From: Macrostomum lignano | Lineage: Eukaryota | Length of the DNA: 64,000 nt | Reading direction: 5' to 3' | Assembly (NCBI GenBank): GCA_002269645.1 | Contig: NIVC01001059.1 | Location: forward strand, 248,001-312,000 | Shown: one piece after another, positions 57,526 through 64,000 of the stretch | How the letters are laid out: every line of letters starts with the position of its first letter | How positions within the stretch are numbered: position 1 is the first letter of the stretch | Made by a program: the position numbers and the translations under genes | Notes under the pieces: generated by a model | Told to the model about the DNA's origin: nothing | What the model saw: the letters and a program-made list of their open reading frames with translations, nothing else | The model's database searches: none

Positions 57526-60500
57526 TCAGTCGTGCACCTCCTCGGTTACTGAATCAGCAGATGGCACAGGTAGCTGCTCCAGCTGCTGCACCTTCTGCGG
57601 CTGCTGACGGTCACCGTCACCCGCTTTCTCATCGTCCTGCAGAAAAAGCGAGCGGGAGGGCGCGGCCTCGAGCTCCTCCTGAGTGAGCACCCGCACCGCA
57701 TACTCCCCATCAATATCGGCCAGTCCGTGCACCTCCACCGGCTTGTTGCCCTTCAGCAGCTTGGCCAGGTAGGACGTGATGGGTGGGGTGATCACCTGGC
57801 CTGGCACTAGCACCGGGATGCCGGGTGGGTAGGCCAGCACCTGGTCGCAGCAGACGCGGCCAGTAAGAGCCTCGTTCGGCCTGCGGATAGATAGCGGATG
57901 GGCGGGATAGATACGGATGGTGGGGTAGATATCGGATGGTGGGGTAGATAGCGGATGGGCGGGGTAGATATCGGATGGTGGGGTAGATAGCGGATAGGCG
58001 GGTAGATAGCGGATGGTGGGGTAGATAGTGGATAGGCGGGGTAGATAGCGGATGGGCGGGGTAGATAGCGGATGGGCGGCGGGGTAGATAGCGGATGGGG
58101 GGTAGATAGCGGATTGGTCGGGGTAGATAGCGGATGGCGGGGTTGATAGTGGATAGGCGAGGTAGATAGCGGATGGCGGGGTAGATAGTGAATAGGCAGG
58201 GTAGATAGCGGATGGGCGGGGTAGATAGCGGATGGGCGGCGGGGTAGATAGCGGATGGCGGGGTAGATAGCGGATGGCGGGGTAGATAGCGGATGGCGGG
58301 GTAGATAGTGAATACGCGGGGTAGATAGCGGATGGGCGGGGTAGATAGCGGATGGGCGGGGTAGATATCGGATGGGCGGCGGGGTAGATAGCGGATGGCG
58401 GGGTAGATAGTGGATAGGCAGGGTAGATAGCGGATGGCGGGGTAGATAGTGAATAGGCGGGGTAGATAGCGGATGGGCGGGGTAGATAGCAGATGGGCGG
58501 CGGGGTAGATAGCGGATGGCGGGGTAGATAGTGGATAGGCGGGGTAGATAGCGGATGGCGGGGTTGATAGTGGATAGGCGAGGTAGATAGCGGATGGCGG
58601 GGTTGGAGAGCGGGCGTGTCACTCACCGGCCATCATCGTCCAGCAGATAGAGACACTCGCCCGACTCGTAGAAAGCGCTGCGCGGCAGGCAAGCCAGCCA
58701 GCTGAAGTGCGGCACCTCCGCCATCCGGTAGGACTGCTTCGGCACCCGGCGCCGGTCCTTGGCCAGGCGGAACATGGCGTCGCACAGGCGGGACACCTTG
58801 CTGCGGGTGGTGCCCACGCCCAGCAGCAGCGTCAGCGTGCTGAATGTCGACTTCTCGCCCTGGATGTTGTACTTGTCGAACAGCACCTGGCATTGATGGT
58901 CGGGAAGGTTTTAAAATTCTGTATAGTCAGTGCATTCGACTTTTCTACTTTGATTTCTTAGGCGCGACACAAAATTCTTTTTTTAATTTTACAGTGAGAA
59001 TCCTGTTGTGTTGTGCACTTTTACGGTGCCTGTGTACCTGCCTCCCAGCGGGCTGGGGTCACCCCTCAACTAGTTGTTTACAGTACTTTTTGTTATTCCC
59101 CCCTTTGCGTTGCCGCAGCCAGAGGCTTAAGTCGGTGTGAGTTTTGGCATTTGTTCGCTCGCCCTGCGTGGTGATTGGTCGCGGCCAGCCAGTCGCGTAG
59201 TGATTGGCTGGGCCGGTGGCGGGCGTGGTGCTGACGTCCCCCGGGGGAATGGCTGGGGGTTGGTGGGGTGGTGGAGTTGAGAGCGCGTGGCCCTCCCCCC
59301 TCCGCGGGCGTGTGCTATTTAACATCGCTCGCGGCGGATTGGAGCGGTGCGCGTCTCGACTGTCCCCTCTCTGTGAACTCGATTTTTCGTCAGAGCTATA
59401 TACACCGAAAAAGGCCATCTACCTGAGCCCTGAGCGACAGCCGCCAGCTAAGTAAGTGCGCATTCTGCCTTTTTTCTTTCGGTTGCCTAGGGGGGCAGAG
59501 AGTCCGTGTGTCCGGACACCGACTCAGCTAGTTGGGGTTGATACCAGTACGTCAGAAGGATACCTACCGTACGCCTCTACGCCTCTACGCCAGCCAGTGC
59601 GTCCCGACGCCTCGCTGAAGGCGGCCCGCACCACTGCGTCCCGACGCGTGGGAAGGCTGCGTGGGTGCGTCCTGACGCCCCAGACTGTCAGGGGAAGTGC
59701 TCGCCCTAGCGCCCGCGTGCAGGCTTAGCAAGGACCCGATTGTACTGTACCCTGGTAGGACTACCCTACTGCCGGGCCGGGGGCTGCAGGGATACAACAA
59801 TCCCTTCAAATCCAACAATGAAAAACTCATATTCACTGACATCCCAAAGTGAGGACTAAAACTCGCTCAAATCCCACAAACCTGTTCCATCTCGTCGGCG
59901 CTGTAGCCAGACTTGGAGATGTCCACAGTCAGCTTGGTGGGGTCCAGCCGAACCCCGTCATTGCGCACCTCATCGGGCAGGAGGTCGCCGATGTCCAGTA
60001 CGCGGAAGACGCCGGTGGAGTTGATTTTCTGGCGAAGTTCAGCGCCCAGTTTGAGGGTCCGGTCCAGCAGCTTGTAGCCCTCCATCATTGCCTGCTTCCG
60101 GCCAACGTCCAGGCTGGCGATGAGAGCGTACTGTGGGCTCGTGGAGGCGTACATGTTGAAGTTCTCACGGAAAAGGTGCTCGTCGAACTCCGGGTCGTTG
60201 ACGTGGACCATGCTGGCCTGCGAGAAGGAGGTCAACGTCTTGTGGATGCTCTGCGTTACGTAGTCGGCGCCGCACTCCAGCGCGGTGGGCCGGAAGGCCG
60301 GATGGAAGCGGGCGAAGGCGTACCAGGCCTCGTCAATGATCACCTGCGGGATTTGGTGGCGTTGGGAGCGCGGGTTCCGAAATTGCAAAGTGGCATCCCG
60401 GTTATGAAAGGTTCATGAGATGCTTTGAAACACATTGACTATAACAACGGCACCAAGCCGATTCAAGCGTTTAAAGGCAGCACTAAAGTACTCAGGCGGC

Positions 60501-61518
60501 ATCCGTATAAACAAACCTTGATGCCGGCCTTGTGCGCAGCCTCAACAATGGGCTTCAGGTCGTACAGCATACCATCGTAGGTGCAGCAGGTGAGAATGAG
60601 CGCCTTGGCGTCCGGATTCTCCTTGATAGCCCGGTAGATGGTGGCCTTCGGCACAGGGCCGAAGATGCCGAACTCCCTGCACACGGAGGAGTCCAAGTAG
60701 ATGGGCCGAGCGTCCGACAGGATCACGCCGTGGTGGACGGACTTGTGGCAGTTGCGGTCCAGCAGGAGCTTGTCGCCCGGGGCCAGCAGAGTCTGGAAGA
60801 TGATCTTATTGGTGGTGGAGGTGCCGTTGGTGGCCAGATAGGTCTTGCGGGCGCCGAAGGCCGTGGCGGCCAGGTTCTGGGCGGTGGCGATGACCCCAGT
60901 GGGGTGCAGCAGCGAGTCCAGCATGGGCACGGAGACCGACAGGTCGGCCCTGAGCAGATTCTCCCCCACGAACTCGTAAAAATCGCTGACCCAGGGCGAG
61001 TTCTTGAGCGAGTCGCCGCCAGAGTGACCGGGCGAGTGCCAGGAATCCTTGGCCATCTTCACATAGGCCTGCAGCGCATCGTAGAACGGCGTGGCGGACT
61101 TCTCGGCCAGCTCGGCGGACAGGATGCGGAACCAGCCGTGGTAGTCGGGCTCGTCCCGGTCGAAGTAGCCGTCCACGGCGTGGCTGACCAGCTCCTCCAC
61201 CATGGCGCGCTCGTCATCGCTGAGCACAACATAGAGGGACAGCTCCGGCCGCCAGGAGTTGATGCGGTTGGCCAGGTCCAAGGCCGCCTGGCCGGGGCCG
61301 AGGCCGGCCAGCGACTTGTCAATCACCACCAGCTGCAGGTCGCCGTCCGCCTTCACCGTCTGCATGGCGTGGTCTCCGGTGCGCGCGGACACGAATGCGA
61401 TGCCGAACGGGTTGTCAAGGCGAGCGCTGGCCGAGGCCAGGCCGCTCAGAGCCGGCTCCAGCCAGGCCGCGTCGTTGCTGACGACCAGCGCACGGCTTAC
61501 CGGCTTTAGCGACGGCAT
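57526..61518 (-). CDS. Fold-type I PLP-dependent Orn/Lys/Arg decarboxylase of the bacterial AdiA/CadA/LdcC/SpeF type, 692 aa (exons 61518-60517, 60343-59882, 58886-58627, 57880-57526)
   Basis: Receiver-like wing domain; HSPGHSGG, TNGTS, DRNCHKS, TYDG, DEAWY, QSIHK (PLP Lys), STSPQY, LDPTK, YPPGIP. Three GT-AG introns with consistent phases 0/0/2; total 2079 nt. Confidence 0.93.
57886..58605 (+). repeat. G-rich ~19-23-bp minisatellite filling decarboxylase intron 3
   Basis: Unit ~GGGGTAGATAGCGGATGG(G)C. Confidence 0.96.
59004..59799. mobile_element. Solo LTR, 796 bp, in decarboxylase intron 2
   Basis: TGTTGT...ACAACA ends; 4-bp TSD ATCC (59000-59003 / 59800-59803); GC-rich with ATTGG boxes and a TATATA-like motif; no ORF. 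Confidence 0.72.
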
Positions 61519-61562
61519 GGCCTGCTGCGAGCATGCAGAGATTTGAGTCCGGCTCTGCCACT

Positions 61563-62005
61563 GCAGGGGTCTGGCTTTATTTACTGCTGGGGTCTGGCTT
61601 TATTTACTGCTGGGGTCTGGCTTTATTTACTGCTGGGGTCTGGCTTTATTTACTGCTGGGGTCTGGCTTTATTTACTGCTGGGGTCTGGCTTTATTTACT
61701 GCTGGGGTCTGGCTTTATTTACTGCTGGGGTCTGGCTTTATTTACTGCAGGGGTCTGGCTTTATTTACTGCAGGGGTCTGGCTTTATTTACTGCTGGGGT
61801 CTGGCTTTATTTACTGCTGGGATATGGCTTTATTTACTGCTGGGGTCTGGCTTTATTTACTGCTGGGGTCTGGCTTTATTTACTGCTGGGGTCTGGCATT
61901 ATTTACTGCTGGGGTCTGGCTTTATTTACTGCTGGGGTCTGGCTTTATTTACTGCTGGGGTCTGGCTTTATTTACTGCTGGGGTCTGGCTTTATTACTGC
62001 TGGGA
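61563..62005 (+). repeat. 23-bp minisatellite, about 19 units, upstream of the decarboxylase ATG
   Basis: Unit CTGGGGTCTGGCTTTATTTACTG. Confidence 0.97.
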
Positions 62006-62452
62006 TGGGGCCTGATTCCGCTGGGGTGGGGTCTGATTCTGCTGGGGTGGGGTCTGATTCTGCTGGGGGGGGTCTGATTCTGCTGGGGTGGGGTCTGATT
62101 CTGCTGGGGTGGGGTCTGATTCTGCTGGGGGGGTCTGATTCTGCTGGGGGGGTCTGGTTCTGCTGGGGTGGGGTCTGATTCTGCTGGGGAGGGGTCTGAT
62201 TCTGCTGGAGTGAGGTCTGATTCTGCTGGGGTGGGGTCTGATTCTGCTGGGGAGGGGTCTGATTCTGCTGGGGGGGTCTGATTCTGCTGGGGTGGGGTCT
62301 GATTCTGCTGGGGAGGGGTCTGATTCTGCTGGGGTGGGGTCTGATTCTGCTGGGGAGGGGTCTGATTCTGCTGGGGGGGGTCTGATTCTGCTGGGGAGGG
62401 GTCTGATTCTGCTGGGGGGGGTCTGATTCTGCTGGGGTGGGGTCTGATTCTA
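62006..62452 (+). repeat. 21-bp G-rich minisatellite, about 21 units
   Basis: Unit CTGCTGGGGTGGGGTCTGATT. Confidence 0.97.
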
Positions 62453-63530
62453 CTATCAACTAAGACAGTGAAAATACAGACAACACAAAGACCGCTGAGT
62501 TCCTGATCCAGACTAAAACACTGTCCTTGGTCCAAAGACAAAAGGATGAAATTATCAATAAATTTATTAATAAACAGGAATTAGCAAAATGGTGAATACA
62601 AGGCGGAATACTAGAGCGCGCCGGCTGCCGAAAACAGTATAGGGAAGTCGGCACTGGCAGGCATAAAATATAAGGCGTTTTCTATCCTAAATTGGAATCA
62701 CGTAGAAAAATTTACATCATTTTTCTCCTTACGCATCACCCTACTACTATTAAGTAGGAATAAGTGAAAATAGAAATTAAAAAAAGGCGAAGGCCGCTGC
62801 CAGAGCCGGAAATGTTAATAAATGGAGACAGAGGAAGACGGTGACTCGAGTGCGGAATGAGCTGCTGGGCCCTGCCTCAGTTTACTGATAGGCTTGAATA
62901 CAATAGAAACTAAACTGCTGAAAAAGTGGCTCTCAGTAAAACTCCTAAAGGTTCGTTGAGTTCAGTGCGATTGAAAAAGTTCACTGAAATGAGGCTCTGG
63001 GTGAGACGACACAACAGGACAGGGAGCTGCGCAATGCTGCTAATCGTGTATAGGATAAAGACTGAGTATGCTGAGTACAGTACGCTGAGCACGTGCAGTA
63101 TGCACAGCAAATATACAGTATGCTGAGTAGCTGAGTAGCTCAGGCGGGCCGGGCAGCGCCAGTCTCAATTTTCTGCTTCATTCTCCGAGCCGCTGGTGCT
63201 GCTAAAGCGTTGTGGAGCCAAAGAGGAGCTTGGCCTGCGGGTTGCAATGGGGCGATTTGGGACCCGTCAATAAGATGTAAGCTGGTCAGACTGGCTGCGG
63301 AATTAGTCCATAAATTTGGCCTGCACAAAGCGGTAACTACTACTATAAATACGAGTTTGCTTAGATGCGTGAACTCTGCAGGCTGGCGGCTTGAAATGGT
63401 TAGGCATGTGAGCGATAGGTTGGGGATAGACTTTGCGGCCAGGGAGGCCCTTCTACATGTACATGGAGTAGATAGCAACCAATTTACAGGTGCTGTGAGG
63501 CGCTAGGGTGAGCTAGGATTGACGCCACAG

Positions 63531-63914
63531 CTGCATCCTTGAGGTCCTCCACCTGAGCTCAGACCACGTCCCGACCTGCGGCCGTTCGCAGAACGAGAAA
63601 TCGCGGAAATCGGCGACGAACTTGAGCGGGGCCGGATGCGGAACCGGATGCGGAACCGGATGCGGAACCGGATGCGGAACCAGATTCGTAACTGAATATG
63701 GAACTAGATCCGGAACCAGATACGGATCCGGAACCAGATACGGATACAGATACGGAACCAGATACGGATCCGGAACCAGATACGGATCCGGAACCAGATC
63801 CGGAACCAGATCCGGAACCAGATCCGGAACCAGATGCGGAACCAGATGCGGAACCAACAGCGTCGATTGCCGGCAGTGGCGGCTGCAGTTATCAAAATTC
63901 AGCACCGATTATGA
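63531..63914 (+). CDS. Possible internal coding exon (128 codons) containing a 12-bp repeat
   Basis: Acceptor CCACAG|, donor TATGA|GTAAGT, 384 nt, symmetric phase 2, open frame CILEVLHLSSDHVPTC..(GCGT)n..(RSGT)n. No domain recognised. Confidence 0.35.
63633..63847 (+). repeat. 12-bp tandem repeat with 18-bp variants
   Basis: CGGAACC(A/G)GAT(C/G) and GATACG variants. Confidence 0.93.
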
Positions 63915-64000
63915 GTAAGTAGGATAAGAGAAATTAGAAAGAAGATTCTGGAGCTTGATTTGAGTCGCAATTTTGGTAAGCTACGGCAGAGAAATAAAAA

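Noticed and set aside
60532-61509. 325-aa plus-strand ORF and similar antisense ORFs over GC-rich exons (e.g. 34272-34766, 2998-3567, 43289-43702)
   Set aside because: Shadow frames of high-GC3 coding sequence; no motifs.
57526-61518. Bacterial contamination as the source of the decarboxylase
   Set aside because: It has phase-consistent GT-AG introns containing host-type minisatellite and LTR sequence, and no operon or bacterial neighbours. Read-level confirmation is still needed.

Overview
This is eukaryotic (metazoan) genomic DNA, not prokaryotic. It has GC-rich exons, GT-AG introns that mostly carry their own minisatellite, and many transposon relics; this style suggests a free-living flatworm such as Macrostomum (inference only). 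Genes I could reconstruct exon by exon with consistent splice phases: a PR/SET-like + 6xC2H2 (PRDM-like) gene (-), DEPDC1 (+), an unassigned two-exon 277-aa gene (-), a 4-EF-hand calmodulin-like gene (+), a 3-LIM protein with an Arg/Lys tail (-), PDSS1 (-), and a bacterial-type fold-I PLP Orn/Lys/Arg decarboxylase with three spliceosomal introns (-). Bases 1-9083 are a near-identical copy of 19591-~28383, so the PRDM-like/DEPDC1 block is duplicated and the left DEPDC1 copy is frameshifted and truncated. Mobile elements: a full-length decayed RTE LINE, an internally deleted R1/LOA-like LINE (two copies), a P-element/THAP9 derivative, several MITEs with 8-bp TSDs, and a solo LTR. Most interesting signals: (1) the intron-bearing bacterial-type decarboxylase, a likely domesticated horizontal transfer; (2) four box C/D snoRNAs, one in each intron of the PDSS1 transcript; (3) a strongly over-represented TA-GGCC-TA scar that is present/absent between the duplicated copies and looks like a transposon excision footprint; (4) minisatellites whose repeat unit contains a splice site plus exon-edge sequence. 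All calls are from reading by eye; no database search was run.
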